Positions 36,538-46,596 are shown, counted from the stretch's first letter. The stretch is 64,000 bases of DNA from a virus (IMGVR_UViG_3300027833_000025:33819-97818), one strand, 5' to 3'. Numbers and translations are program-made. The notes: generated by a model not told the origin, from the sequence alone.

Positions 36538-37620
36538 ATGACAGCACGTAATGAAAAAAATTGGTTAGCCGAACCAACCGTCGAATATATTAGTAGTGAA
36601 TGCTACAGTAGTCAAGAAATTTATGAAGCAGAAATTAAAGAGATATTTTCTAAAGTTTGGATCCCTATTATTCATAAGAGTGAAATAAAGAATACAGGCG
36701 ACTATCGAACATCTCAAATTGCATTTCGAAACATAGTTATAATCAATCACGGTGATCGTATTGGATGCTATATCAATCCAGGACTCAAGGGAGTAGCCGG
36801 TACAGTTGATCCAACTACTGTAATTGAATCTAGAGAATTATTATCCGAAGTAAAATATGGCGGTATGGTATGGACAACACTAAATCCAATCCCAACCATG
36901 GATGTAGAGCAATGGACAGACGGTGCATTTGATTGTATTTCACAAGCAATTGATACCGAAGAACTAGAAGTGTTCCATTATCATAAAGCAATTATTCCAA
37001 CAAACTATAAACTATGGCATGACACTAACAGTGAGTTCTATCATGACTACATGCATTATTTTAATAGAATTACTGGATTCACTCCTGAGTACTTTGCTCG
37101 TGCATGTACAGGGTTTGACAACGGGCACGTTAATGTTGGTAGTTTCGAAGTTCAGTATGATAAATTTGAATGTGCAGCAGATCGGGGTGCATTAAGCTTT
37201 CCGGGTGTCCCGCCTAATCAGTGGTACATGGTAGACTTGTTTCCAGGATACAACTTTAACCTACGAGGCAGTGCATACCGCAGTGATAGCATTACACCAC
37301 TAGGTCCAGACAGTGTATTAATTGAGTTTCGTGGATACGGATTGTTAAGTGATTCTCCAAAAGAACGCGAACAACGTATAAATGACCATAATACTATATG
37401 GGGACCATTTGGTCGTAACCTACATGAAGACCTGTTAGGAGTTACTGGACAAGGTATAGCAATGGCGCCTGGCACAGAACGTAGAAACATACTACATGGT
37501 AGACATGAAAACAATACTATACATGATGAAATTGGGATGCGTCACTACTATGCAGAATGGGGGAAGTACTTAAACGTAGACCCAGCAAGTCCGTTAAAAG
37601 AATTGGTCAGTCATTCGTAA
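36538..37620 (+). CDS. aromatic ring-hydroxylating oxygenase alpha subunit lacking Rieske ligands
   Basis: E..EIFSKVW...H.SEI...GDY N-terminus; NYKLWHDTNSEFYHDYMH and HED catalytic Fe ligands; no CxH/CxxH. Confidence 0.8.
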   Translation: MTARNEKNWLAEPTVEYISSECYSSQEIYEAEIKEIFSKVWIPIIHKSEIKNTGDYRTSQIAFRNIVIINHGDRIGCYINPGLKGVAGTVDPTTVIESRELLSEVKYGGMVWTTLNPIPTMDVEQWTDGAFDCISQAIDTEELEVFHYHKAIIPTNYKLWHDTNSEFYHDYMHYFNRITGFTPEYFARACTGFDNGHVNVGSFEVQYDKFECAADRGALSFPGVPPNQWYMVDLFPGYNFNLRGSAYRSDSITPLGPDSVLIEFRGYGLLSDSPKEREQRINDHNTIWGPFGRNLHEDLLGVTGQGIAMAPGTERRNILHGRHENNTIHDEIGMRHYYAEWGKYLNVDPASPLKELVSHS

Positions 37621-37631
37621 TAGGAAATAGT

Positions 37632-38558
37632 ATGGAGTACACTGATATAACATTTGAAATGTTAGGTACACGTAGACAACGTCCTATGTACCTTAGTAAG
37701 TTTCCTAAGTTTAGACAAAGTATGAGTATGAAAGATTATCCAAAAGATGCACATGCATACACAACTTATTTTTTAGAAGAGATAGATACTTGGATAAATT
37801 CACATAAACATGTAAAATACACGGGCTTAGAGACCTTTACAATCAGAGATGCTATACTTGGCACTACGCATCAGTTAGATGAATTACATCACATGCATGG
37901 TGCAAATATAGCGACATACCAAGGGGAATATAAATATCATAGACGATTGACAGATTTCGATGTTAAGCAGATCACACACTATACCGACTTAACACAGGGT
38001 GATGTATTCATTGTAAGTTATCCTAGTTGTATCACCACAGGGTATCATGAAAACTTTGATTTATTATTAGACCATTGCGATGAACATAACATACCCGTAC
38101 ATATTGATGGTGCGTGGTTTGGTCAATGCAGAAACTTTAATTTTGATGTTACTCATCCAGCAGTAAAAAGTGTTAGTGTAAGTTTATCAAAGGCATTGGG
38201 CATGGGTAGTCAGCGTATAGGTATTAGATATACTAAAGAGAAAACTGTTGGTCCAATAAGTATTATGAATGACTTTGCATATGCAAATGTTAGTGATATG
38301 TGGTTAGGTGTAGAAGCAATGAAGCACTTTGGTCCAGACTACTGGTGGTCTAACTATAGTGACTTATATAGTAAAGTTTGTAAAGACTTTAACTTAGGTG
38401 AGGCAAATAGCATTCATGTAGGCTGGTTAGACTCAGGTGAACATGGAATTAATCAATTTGGTGTGCGTACCCCTTTGCGATTCTTAATAGAAGGTTTTTT
38501 TGATGAACGTGGAACTGACAAAGGCCTAAACAAAATTGAAAGAGAAGAACGAGTATGA
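37632..38558 (+). CDS. fold-type I PLP-dependent enzyme
   Basis: HIDGAW, SLSK (Schiff-base Lys), RIG. Confidence 0.8.
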   Translation: MEYTDITFEMLGTRRQRPMYLSKFPKFRQSMSMKDYPKDAHAYTTYFLEEIDTWINSHKHVKYTGLETFTIRDAILGTTHQLDELHHMHGANIATYQGEYKYHRRLTDFDVKQITHYTDLTQGDVFIVSYPSCITTGYHENFDLLLDHCDEHNIPVHIDGAWFGQCRNFNFDVTHPAVKSVSVSLSKALGMGSQRIGIRYTKEKTVGPISIMNDFAYANVSDMWLGVEAMKHFGPDYWWSNYSDLYSKVCKDFNLGEANSIHVGWLDSGEHGINQFGVRTPLRFLIEGFFDERGTDKGLNKIEREERV

Positions 38559-39217
38559 TATTAGATCATCAAGACGGAACAACTGTTGGAATGAAACTCA
38601 GCGGAGGTGCTGATAGCAGTATTATATACTATGCATTTTGTGAAAAGTATAAAAACAATGATAGTGTAAATATAGTAGTCATTACCTTAGACACTGATCT
38701 GAACTTCTATTATGTAGCAAATGCTACCCGTATAATAGAAAAAGTTGCTGAATTAACAGGTAAACGTCCACTAAAGCATTTTACTAATCGCATACCGCAT
38801 GGATGGAGAGAGTATACCGCTGGACAAGAAGACCTCGTGAAACAATCTCAAAGTGAGTTTGGTGACATGAAGTTTTATAGTGGAATGACTACAAATCCTA
38901 ATATTGATGACATGAAAGAATATTTTCTAAACAACGATTTTGGATTAAATTATACAACCGTATTAGATACCATTGCAAGTCGCGATGTTGAAAGAGATGA
39001 ACTACATGGTTTAAATCGTGGATACAGACCATTTGGCAACAGTGATAAAAGAGCAGTATCACACGCCTACAACGACTTAAATGCATTAGACATAATTTAT
39101 ACTCATACGAACAGTTGCGAGTCAGTGACAATGGTAGGGGATGATGGTATCCCCATACACTGCGGTCATTGTTGGAATTGCTTAGAACGCTGGTATGCAT
39201 TTGGTAGGATCTTATAA
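38555..39217 (+). CDS. QueC-like PP-loop ATPase
   Basis: LSGGADS; C-terminal SC...HCGHCWNCLER. Confidence 0.75.
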   Translation: MILDHQDGTTVGMKLSGGADSSIIYYAFCEKYKNNDSVNIVVITLDTDLNFYYVANATRIIEKVAELTGKRPLKHFTNRIPHGWREYTAGQEDLVKQSQSEFGDMKFYSGMTTNPNIDDMKEYFLNNDFGLNYTTVLDTIASRDVERDELHGLNRGYRPFGNSDKRAVSHAYNDLNALDIIYTHTNSCESVTMVGDDGIPIHCGHCWNCLERWYAFGRIL

Positions 39218-39237
39218 TAAAATGGAGAATAATTTGA

Positions 39238-40203
39238 ATGCCAAAATGCTTAGCTTTTAAACATGCAGCATGTATAGGATTAACAGGACATGTACGACCA
39301 TGTTGTGCATGGAGAGGTGATGGTGCAACTGGTCTTACCATTACTGACGATTGGCAATCTGTGCACAACAAATACTATGAGGAATCATTACATGATTGGT
39401 TGCCAGAATGTAAGGAGTGCCAGCAAGACGAAGAATCAAACGGTAAAAGTTATCGAAAGACTATTAATAGAAGGTTAAAAGATAGTACTGGTATTGAATT
39501 CTGGGACTTGAAGATTAATAATACATGCAACCTCACATGTGTATCTTGCAGTAGTTATAGTTCAAGTTCATGGTCAATAATCACTGGCAGAAAAGAATAC
39601 CAAATAGGATGGCACAAAGAGATTGAGCAAATATATGCACAATTACATAGTGCAAAAATTGTTAAATTCACAGGTGGTGAGCCATTTATGATACCACAAG
39701 TAAAGAAAATAATTAAATATCTAATAGATATAGATGTTTCATCTAAGATTGAATTACAATTCGTTACTAATGGAACAATCGATATTAAATCATATTATAC
39801 TTTATTTGAATGCTTTAAAAAAATCGATGTAATAGCAAGTATAGATGCTATAGGTGAGCGTTTTGAATACCTTAGACGCGGTGCTATCTGGGAGCAAGTA
39901 AGTAATAATATTATTGACATACATAAAAATGCACCAGATAATACACTTGTATCTATTACTTGCTTGCCAAGTGCACTAAATATTAATAACATTCATGAAG
40001 TCGAAGACTGGGCAACAAGTTATGATATTAAATTTCATAGGGCGAGTGATCTGATTACACCAACATATATGACTCCGAATGCATTGTCTGATCAAGATAA
40101 TAAACAACAATTAATTGATCATGTAATGATTTTAGATGATATAGATGGAAAAGACCATACTAAATGGATAAACACTAATGAAAATTTTAAGGATATAGAA
40201 TGA
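39238..40203 (+). CDS. radical SAM protein with N-terminal SPASM/twitch-like Cys motif
   Basis: VRPCC, CKEC, CNLTCVSC, FTGGEP. Confidence 0.9.
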   Translation: MPKCLAFKHAACIGLTGHVRPCCAWRGDGATGLTITDDWQSVHNKYYEESLHDWLPECKECQQDEESNGKSYRKTINRRLKDSTGIEFWDLKINNTCNLTCVSCSSYSSSSWSIITGRKEYQIGWHKEIEQIYAQLHSAKIVKFTGGEPFMIPQVKKIIKYLIDIDVSSKIELQFVTNGTIDIKSYYTLFECFKKIDVIASIDAIGERFEYLRRGAIWEQVSNNIIDIHKNAPDNTLVSITCLPSALNINNIHEVEDWATSYDIKFHRASDLITPTYMTPNALSDQDNKQQLIDHVMILDDIDGKDHTKWINTNENFKDIE

Positions 40204-41555
40204 GTTGTACATTTTGTCCACTTCCGTGGAATAGCATTAACTTACGCAACAATGGAGATTTACGAATTTGTTGTAATACAAACAGTTATAGTCCACAACG
40301 TGGAATTATGAGAAAAGAAGATGGCACACCTTACAATGCAGGGAAAGACGATTGGAATGAAGCACGTAATGCTGCACTTGTAAAAGAAGTACGTGTTAGT
40401 ATGATGAATGGGGAATGGCATCCAGAGTGTACTCGTTGCAAAAAAGAAGAAGAAAGTGGTATGCGTAGTCGTAGAGAATATGAAAATGACGATTGGGGTA
40501 CATGGTTTGGTGATATGGGTCTTGAAAAAGTATTGCCAATTACCGAAGCAGATGGTACACTAGATACAAGTAAGCAAGACATTGAGTATATGGATATTCG
40601 TTACGGTAACTTTTGTAATTTAAAATGTCGCATGTGTGGACCTACTGATAGTCATATGTGGTATGATGATTTCGTAAAGATACATGACAAAACATCATAC
40701 AAAGATACACACGACACAATACAGTTAACTAAAAACGCTAAAGGTAAATGGCATACTGATCAATATAATTGGTTTCAGGATAATGACATTTACTGGGATA
40801 ACTTTGAAAAGTATGCACCTGATGCTAAAAAACTTTATATTGTTGGTGGTGAGCCTTTAATTATTGCTGAACACCAAGAAAGTCTTGAACGGTTAGTTGC
40901 TAGTGGAAAATCAGGTAAAATACAATTAGAGTATAATACAAATTTAACTATGGTTCCTAACAGTTTAGTACACTTGTGGGAACAGTTTAAACAAATACGT
41001 ATTGGAGTTAGTATAGATGGTATAGACGATGTGTTTAATTATCAACGTACTCCTGCAAAGTTTGATGCAGTGTATAAGAATATGATGATATTACAAAATA
41101 ATGAACGCATTAATCTTAAAGCATGGTTTGCTTATACTGTTACACCTATGAACGTGTTCCATACAGCAGACTTTATGAAATGGAAACTTACTGAAAGCGG
41201 ATTGGATAAATTTAATCCACTAGACGGCATGCGTCCTGTCATTACACATCACATGTGTCATAGTCCAAAATATTACAATGTAAAAGTGTTACCTCAATAT
41301 CTTAAAGATCAAGTTGCTGAACATTATCAAGAACATAAAGATTGGATACTAACTACAGACTTTAGTGACAAAGTTAAAGACAATTTTATTAAAGTATTAA
41401 ATAGTATTGAAAAGTTTATGATGAGTGAAGACTATAGTGAAGAATGGCTAGATCAATTTATATCTCAAACTACAAAATTAGATGAAGTTAGAAATCAAAA
41501 TATATTAGATATAGTTCCGCAGTATGCGAAATTGTTTAATGAACATAACAAATGA
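40200..41555 (+). CDS. radical SAM protein with N-terminal SPASM/twitch-like Cys motif
   Basis: FCPLPW, RICC, CTRC, CNLKCRMC, VGGEP. Confidence 0.92.
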   Translation: MSCTFCPLPWNSINLRNNGDLRICCNTNSYSPQRGIMRKEDGTPYNAGKDDWNEARNAALVKEVRVSMMNGEWHPECTRCKKEEESGMRSRREYENDDWGTWFGDMGLEKVLPITEADGTLDTSKQDIEYMDIRYGNFCNLKCRMCGPTDSHMWYDDFVKIHDKTSYKDTHDTIQLTKNAKGKWHTDQYNWFQDNDIYWDNFEKYAPDAKKLYIVGGEPLIIAEHQESLERLVASGKSGKIQLEYNTNLTMVPNSLVHLWEQFKQIRIGVSIDGIDDVFNYQRTPAKFDAVYKNMMILQNNERINLKAWFAYTVTPMNVFHTADFMKWKLTESGLDKFNPLDGMRPVITHHMCHSPKYYNVKVLPQYLKDQVAEHYQEHKDWILTTDFSDKVKDNFIKVLNSIEKFMMSEDYSEEWLDQFISQTTKLDEVRNQNILDIVPQYAKLFNEHNK

Positions 41556-41815
41556 CGATTGCTAACAAAGCACTGGAATACGACTTTTTTATTAACGCCA
41601 GTGCACTCTGACAGTACTATCATGAACTACTACTAGATGTAGTGTATAAAACCGCACAGAGTGCACGGAAGTCCCTACATATAGTGTCAATTGTTTTCAC
41701 CACTGATTGTGGTACAAAAGGTCTTATTGTACATATCAATAAGAGAAGAAAGCATTGATCCTATACAAGTGACTGATGCAGAATAAATCTAAATAATACT
41801 ATAAGGAGTATACAG

Positions 41816-42289
41816 ATGAACAAATATATTAAGAACGCAGTAGTTTTATTAGCAAAGGTGGCAATGGTGTCATTGACTTTATTTTTAACAGCATCACCAA
41901 TTATGGCGAAAGAAGTAGAAATGGAAATATATAATTTTCCGATTACAAGAGTTATAGATGGTGACACAGTTGCATTTCAAGCAAATTTTTTACCATCGCC
42001 GTTGAAGCAAGAATTAAGCATTCGTGTGTATGGTGTAGATACACCTGAGAAGAGTTGGAGAGCCGAATGTCCTAAAGAAGCAGCATGGGGAGAAGAAGCG
42101 TCACAGTTCACTACAGATCGTTTAAACGCAGCAACCGTTATACAAGTAGCCATTTATAAATGGGACAAGTTTGGTGGTCGAGTACTTGGTGACATCATTA
42201 TAGATGGTAGGAGTTTAAGACACATGCTTATAGCAGAAGGCTTTGCTAGAGAATATTATGGTGATAAGAAAATTTCTTGGTGCATCTAA
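41816..42289 (+). CDS. thermonuclease (SNase) with signal peptide
   Basis: RVIDGDT, IRVYGVDTPE, DKFGGR.L; hydrophobic N-terminus. Confidence 0.9.
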   Translation: MNKYIKNAVVLLAKVAMVSLTLFLTASPIMAKEVEMEIYNFPITRVIDGDTVAFQANFLPSPLKQELSIRVYGVDTPEKSWRAECPKEAAWGEEASQFTTDRLNAATVIQVAIYKWDKFGGRVLGDIIIDGRSLRHMLIAEGFAREYYGDKKISWCI

Positions 42290-42292
42290 TAC

Positions 42293-43462
42293 ATGAGCGA
42301 AGATTTAAAATACAGTACATACGATTTTACTAAAATACCATTTGATAATTTAGTAAGAGTGGGACAACGTACCATGCTACATCGTGATTTATTCACGGTG
42401 AGCTGGTTGTTAGGTCGCTATTGTAATTACAGATGTAGTTACTGCTGGCCTTATGCCCGCAGTGATAAGAAAGACTTTAGACCTACTGAATTATGTCTAC
42501 TTACGATTGACGAGATTAAGCGTCAAGCACGAGAAAATGGGTTTAATAGTTTCCACTTTAGTTTAAGTGGCGGTGAACCAACATTCCATCCGGGTTATCT
42601 GGACATAATGAAGCATCTATCAGACGATGTAAACAACACAAATTATACATCAGTTCATATGACAACTAATATGTCACGTCCTATGAAATGGTTTGAGACT
42701 TACGTTAAGTACGTATCGAAATTTCATCGTGCAAGTATTACCGCAAGTTTGCATACAGAGCATTTAGACACCAGAGAAAAGATGCAAGTCTTTGCCGACA
42801 AGTTAGTATTCTGTCAAGAACATGATGTACAAGTAACTATTAATCAAGTGATGGTTCCAGAATGGTTTGATAGAGACTGGGATAATGCATTATTTTTTCA
42901 TAATCAGGGAATCAACTGCACATTAAAACCGATGTCGGATCCTACTGCTAGTAAGATAGTAGATGGTTATACACCCGAAATGCTTAAAGCATTGCACAAT
43001 GGTATGCCTCAACGTGGTTATACAGAAGATAAAGCAAAAAAGTCTATGTTAGTCACACGTCCTAAGCCTAACTTTAAGAGAGATGGTGATCCATTGTATT
43101 GGAAAGAGAATGCATCTGTGCCTCAACATTTTCAAGTTGAGTTCATTGATAAAGATAACAAGCATTGGTTCATGGATCAGGCTGAACGATTTAACGCATT
43201 TGGTTTTAATAAATTTAAGGGTTGGGAATGTTCATCAGGTCATCGTAGTATTATAATTAGAGAGCCTGATGGTAGTGTAAAGCGTAGTTATAGTTGTGCA
43301 GATCAGCCGTTAGGAAATATAGAAACTGGGTTCAAACTGTTTGACGCACCTACTGTGTGTACAACAAATGCTTGCGTTAGTAGCGCAGATAGCAAGATAC
43401 CAAAACGTGCGGCTGGGACTCAATTACCATTGTTTCCAGGCGACACTACTTTTAAAGAATAG
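42293..43462 (+). CDS. radical SAM protein with C-terminal twitch-like domain
   Basis: CNYRCSYC, SGGEP, C-terminal C..G..C..C..C. Confidence 0.92.
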   Translation: MSEDLKYSTYDFTKIPFDNLVRVGQRTMLHRDLFTVSWLLGRYCNYRCSYCWPYARSDKKDFRPTELCLLTIDEIKRQARENGFNSFHFSLSGGEPTFHPGYLDIMKHLSDDVNNTNYTSVHMTTNMSRPMKWFETYVKYVSKFHRASITASLHTEHLDTREKMQVFADKLVFCQEHDVQVTINQVMVPEWFDRDWDNALFFHNQGINCTLKPMSDPTASKIVDGYTPEMLKALHNGMPQRGYTEDKAKKSMLVTRPKPNFKRDGDPLYWKENASVPQHFQVEFIDKDNKHWFMDQAERFNAFGFNKFKGWECSSGHRSIIIREPDGSVKRSYSCADQPLGNIETGFKLFDAPTVCTTNACVSSADSKIPKRAAGTQLPLFPGDTTFKE

Positions 43463-43650
43463 TTATAATAACTAATGAATGCCCAACAATAATAAGTTGA
43501 GCATTCATTTTGTTACATTTCCGTGTGTTTTAACGCTGTTTTATACTGTGCAATCTATGCTAGTAGTAGCATTTCCCGCAATATCTTCTCACACAGCCTG
43601 TGAGGACCTGAGCGATGTACGACTTGATGTTGTCGTACATATGTCTTCAT

Positions 43651-43899
43651 TTATTCATCAAAATAATTTGATGGTGGGTTCAGTTTGAATTCAGCACCAT
43701 TAATGCAAGTAACTGATTCCATATAATCGTCTGAGTTAATTTGGCTTTCAATTGTCATGAAATCAACACCATCGTTGTTCACGCATAGACCAACCGCCAT
43801 TTCATAATCTGGTAGTGTTGTTCTAACTGTCGCTATATCAAGGCCACACCCGATTCCAACACCAATTAAACCTATAAACAGTATAATAGTTTGTATCAT
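43651..43899 (-). CDS. small exported/membrane protein
   Basis: N-terminal hydrophobic helix, GGAG RBS. Confidence 0.65.
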   Translation of the reverse strand: MIQTIILFIGLIGVGIGCGLDIATVRTTLPDYEMAVGLCVNNDGVDFMTIESQINSDDYMESVTCINGAEFKLNPPSNYFDE

Positions 43900-43911
43900 T
43901 TTTACTTCTCC

Positions 43912-44178
43912 TTAAAAATAATGACGGCGAGTAGTATCGCAGTTATCAAATGTAAAATCAGTATTATCTTCAAGAAACCGAATGCCCGGAAGATCATTTT
44001 CTACTTCGTTCACATCAAGATAACGAAAGCCTTTGTAATTACCAGTAGAAGACAATGCTGCTTCTATCATAGATGTTACACCTTCACGATGCTCAGGACA
44101 TGTATATCGCCCAGTATACGATAATTCGTTGTTAGCAATAGTACGTAGTACTTCAACACTAATAGTTTTGCGTGACAT
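43912..44178 (-). CDS. early hypothetical protein
   Basis: First ORF after promoter 44240; GNYKGFRYL motif. Confidence 0.75.
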   Translation of the reverse strand: MSRKTISVEVLRTIANNELSYTGRYTCPEHREGVTSMIEAALSSTGNYKGFRYLDVNEVENDLPGIRFLEDNTDFTFDNCDTTRRHYF

Positions 44179-44191
44179 AGTCTTTACTCTC

Positions 44192-44240
44192 TTTAATTAA
44201 CTTATACAATAATTATAACACAAGGAGCCTTGCTTGTCAA
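44192..44240 (-). promoter_or_regulatory. sigma70-type early promoter cassette
   Basis: TTGACA-17-TATAAT on -, spacer CAAGGCTCCTTG. Confidence 0.9.
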
Positions 44241-44243
44241 CGC

Positions 44244-44672
44244 TTATCTCCTCATTCGTGCGATTTCTATTGCCAGTTGTTTGTTATCTTCAAAGATTGG
44301 AACCATATTACTTTTGTGCATTGTTGAGATTCCAAGTAGTTTTTGTTCACCAGTATACACAGGCGATTCTTTTTTAGATGCTACACCAATACCAGTTCCC
44401 TTACTGGGATATTGTTTTGTATCACTTTGGAACACAGCAGATGGAACAAGTTCTTTAAACTTCTTTTTTTCTGGCTTGTAGTGACCACGTACATACAAAT
44501 CATATTCTGCTAACGACATCATTTGATCATGTGCGCCACTTTGCTTCATACGCTTATTATGATCACGATGTTGTTTTTCAAATATAGATTGCTGCACCTT
44601 AGTACGATTAGTTTGCTTACGCTTCTTATAAGATGTAGTTGTTAGTCCTGGACCTACTAGAGACATAGTCAT
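44244..44672 (-). CDS. conserved large-phage basic protein
   Basis: YTG..LLGI.TMHKSNMVPIF. Confidence 0.7.
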   Translation of the reverse strand: MTMSLVGPGLTTTSYKKRKQTNRTKVQQSIFEKQHRDHNKRMKQSGAHDQMMSLAEYDLYVRGHYKPEKKKFKELVPSAVFQSDTKQYPSKGTGIGVASKKESPVYTGEQKLLGISTMHKSNMVPIFEDNKQLAIEIARMRR

Positions 44673-44673
44673 T

Positions 44674-45222
44674 TTACTTTCCCATTAATAATGTTTCATG
44701 TGGTTGACCCACATAATATTCTTCTAGTAATCGCATTGCTGCATTGTATATGTCAGTGCCATGAATTTTGGTCATAGCCCCTAACAGCAATTCTTTTTCT
44801 TTCATATAGATTCTTGCGAATCCTTCGCTACCCTCACAGATATCATTTGCGTTGGAAATCAAGTCTGCAACTTTTACAAACTGAGCATCACGAGGCGCTG
44901 CTGCTAAATGTTCCCTATCCATTGTCTTTCTAATGTCTCTATTACCATCGTCAGGCTTAGATACATCAGTTAACCAATCTACCATTGTAGCGACTTCTTT
45001 ACCAAACATACTAGATACGAACTCTACTGTAAGTGCAGTGTCTTCTACAACATCATGAAGTAACGCGGCTTGAATTTGGATAGTATTACCACCATAAGAC
45101 TTAACGATTTCCGCTACTTCACGTGGATGAACAATATATGGTTCATTGCTGTATTTTCTAAATTGACCTACGGCTGCATGCGCAGTGCTTGCAACTGTAT
45201 CTGCCAATGTTTCTTTAAGCAT
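44674..45222 (-). CDS. Mesh1/SpoT-type HD-domain (p)ppNpp hydrolase
   Basis: AH..Q.RK...EPY..HP, AALLHDVVEDT, VK.AD..SN. Confidence 0.85.
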   Translation of the reverse strand: MLKETLADTVASTAHAAVGQFRKYSNEPYIVHPREVAEIVKSYGGNTIQIQAALLHDVVEDTALTVEFVSSMFGKEVATMVDWLTDVSKPDDGNRDIRKTMDREHLAAAPRDAQFVKVADLISNANDICEGSEGFARIYMKEKELLLGAMTKIHGTDIYNAAMRLLEEYYVGQPHETLLMGK

Positions 45223-45622
45223 AAGTCTTCTCCATGTTTTTCTCTGCTGCTAGATATGTGTCTACACGAGTAAATGTTTTTCGTTTTTCAGTCTGAACTA
45301 ACCAGCCGTCACGAGTGTATAGATAAACGTACTCACAGTCACCTAGATAAGAACTGGAAAATTCAAGTATTGACTCAAATTCATCAGTAGATATATCTAC
45401 TGTTTCACCGCGATCACGACCATAGAAGACTGAACTTTTAAGATCAATCCCTAGTTGACTCATATGACCTGATTCAACTAACTGTGCTACACGATAAGCA
45501 GCCTGCCATTCGTTAACTAGCGTTTCGCCAACACCGTTAGTAACGTAGCCGTCGAAATGACAATATACTGCACGAACATTGCCGTTTGGAGTTAAGTAAC
45601 CAATTGCGCTTCTAGTACTCAT
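45215..45622 (-). CDS. conserved early phage protein
   Basis: MSTRS.IG...YCHFDGY..GVG..L. Confidence 0.75.
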   Translation of the reverse strand: MSTRSAIGYLTPNGNVRAVYCHFDGYVTNGVGETLVNEWQAAYRVAQLVESGHMSQLGIDLKSSVFYGRDRGETVDISTDEFESILEFSSSYLGDCEYVYLYTRDGWLVQTEKRKTFTRVDTYLAAEKNMEKTYA

Positions 45623-45623
45623 A

Positions 45624-45776
45624 TTACACCTCTTCTTTCAATTGAGACATTAATTTTTTGATATTCTTTTGTATAGCATACTTTTTCATCTTAACTGATG
45701 ATGTGTTGCCGTGTAACGTTTTTAAGTAACGCTCTTGTTGTTCAATTCGTATCATGATCTGTTCATTGTTCATCAT
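45624..45776 (-). CDS. small early protein (50 aa, not in ORF track)
   Basis: First ORF after promoter 45836, GAGAG RBS. Confidence 0.65.
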   Translation of the reverse strand: MMNNEQIMIRIEQQERYLKTLHGNTSSVKMKKYAIQKNIKKLMSQLKEEV

Positions 45777-45789
45777 AGTCTTGCTCTCT

Positions 45790-45836
45790 TTATTAACTTA
45801 TATAACAATTATACTACAAGGATCCTTACTTGTCAA
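45790..45836 (-). promoter_or_regulatory. sigma70-type early promoter cassette
   Basis: TTGACA-17-TATAAT on -, spacer AAGGATCCTT. Confidence 0.9.
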
Positions 45837-45849
45837 GTGTTTTAAGGAA

Positions 45850-46596
45850 TTAATTTAGAAGTTTATTAAAATATGGTTCAAGCCATTTGTATACTTCTAA
45901 CTGTCCTTCATGACCATAGTGAGGTGCATCGTCTACTCCTAATTGCATAAATTTAGTGTCACCGAATTCTGTTGCAACACTACCTACCCAATTTGATGGA
46001 ACAGTAATTGATGTTTCATCATTTGATCCTGGATGGTGATGTCGATTATACCAATCAAACATTAATACATTATCTTGTCCATATACTGCATTAACTAAAT
46101 CAATTTCTTTTTGAGTGTTCCATCTTTGTTGATGGCTATCTAAGTACCAACTATAAAACGCTGTTAAATATTCAACGGGTAGTGTAGAAGACTGTGCAAG
46201 CATTTCTAGTCGTCCGTGTTTATCGTGGGGAGTAGTTAATAAAGAAGCCTTGACACATATACTTTCATTAGTTTCAAAGTGATCATCAAAATATGTATAA
46301 TTGTCTATAGTTTTAAAATCTGAATATATAAAACGAGGTGTGTGAGAATCAGTTAATACTATGTTTGCTCTCCCTAAATGTGTCCACTGTACGATAACTT
46401 TATCTGGAGTACCTACATTGTCTTCACACTGTCGTAATCGTAAATAAACACTATCATTGGCTCCGCCAGGTTCACTTAAATCATAAACATGCCAATCCGG
46501 GAAATGTTTAGCAATTAGTGCAGGATAACTTTCGTTTAAACAATAACCATCCGACCAGTGCGAATAACTACATCCTGCTATAAATAATTTCTTCAT
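45850..46596 (-). CDS. SGNH-like hydrolase
   Basis: IAGCSYS block I, G..N, VIVQWT, C-terminal D..HY. Confidence 0.6.
   Translation of the reverse strand: MKKLFIAGCSYSHWSDGYCLNESYPALIAKHFPDWHVYDLSEPGGANDSVYLRLRQCEDNVGTPDKVIVQWTHLGRANIVLTDSHTPRFIYSDFKTIDNYTYFDDHFETNESICVKASLLTTPHDKHGRLEMLAQSSTLPVEYLTAFYSWYLDSHQQRWNTQKEIDLVNAVYGQDNVLMFDWYNRHHHPGSNDETSITVPSNWVGSVATEFGDTKFMQLGVDDAPHYGHEGQLEVYKWLEPYFNKLLN

Noticed and set aside
38555-39217. 7-deazaguanine DNA modification pathway
   Set aside because: Only a QueC-like PP-loop protein is present; no FolE, QueD, QueE or DpdA recognisable in the window, so it cannot be asserted
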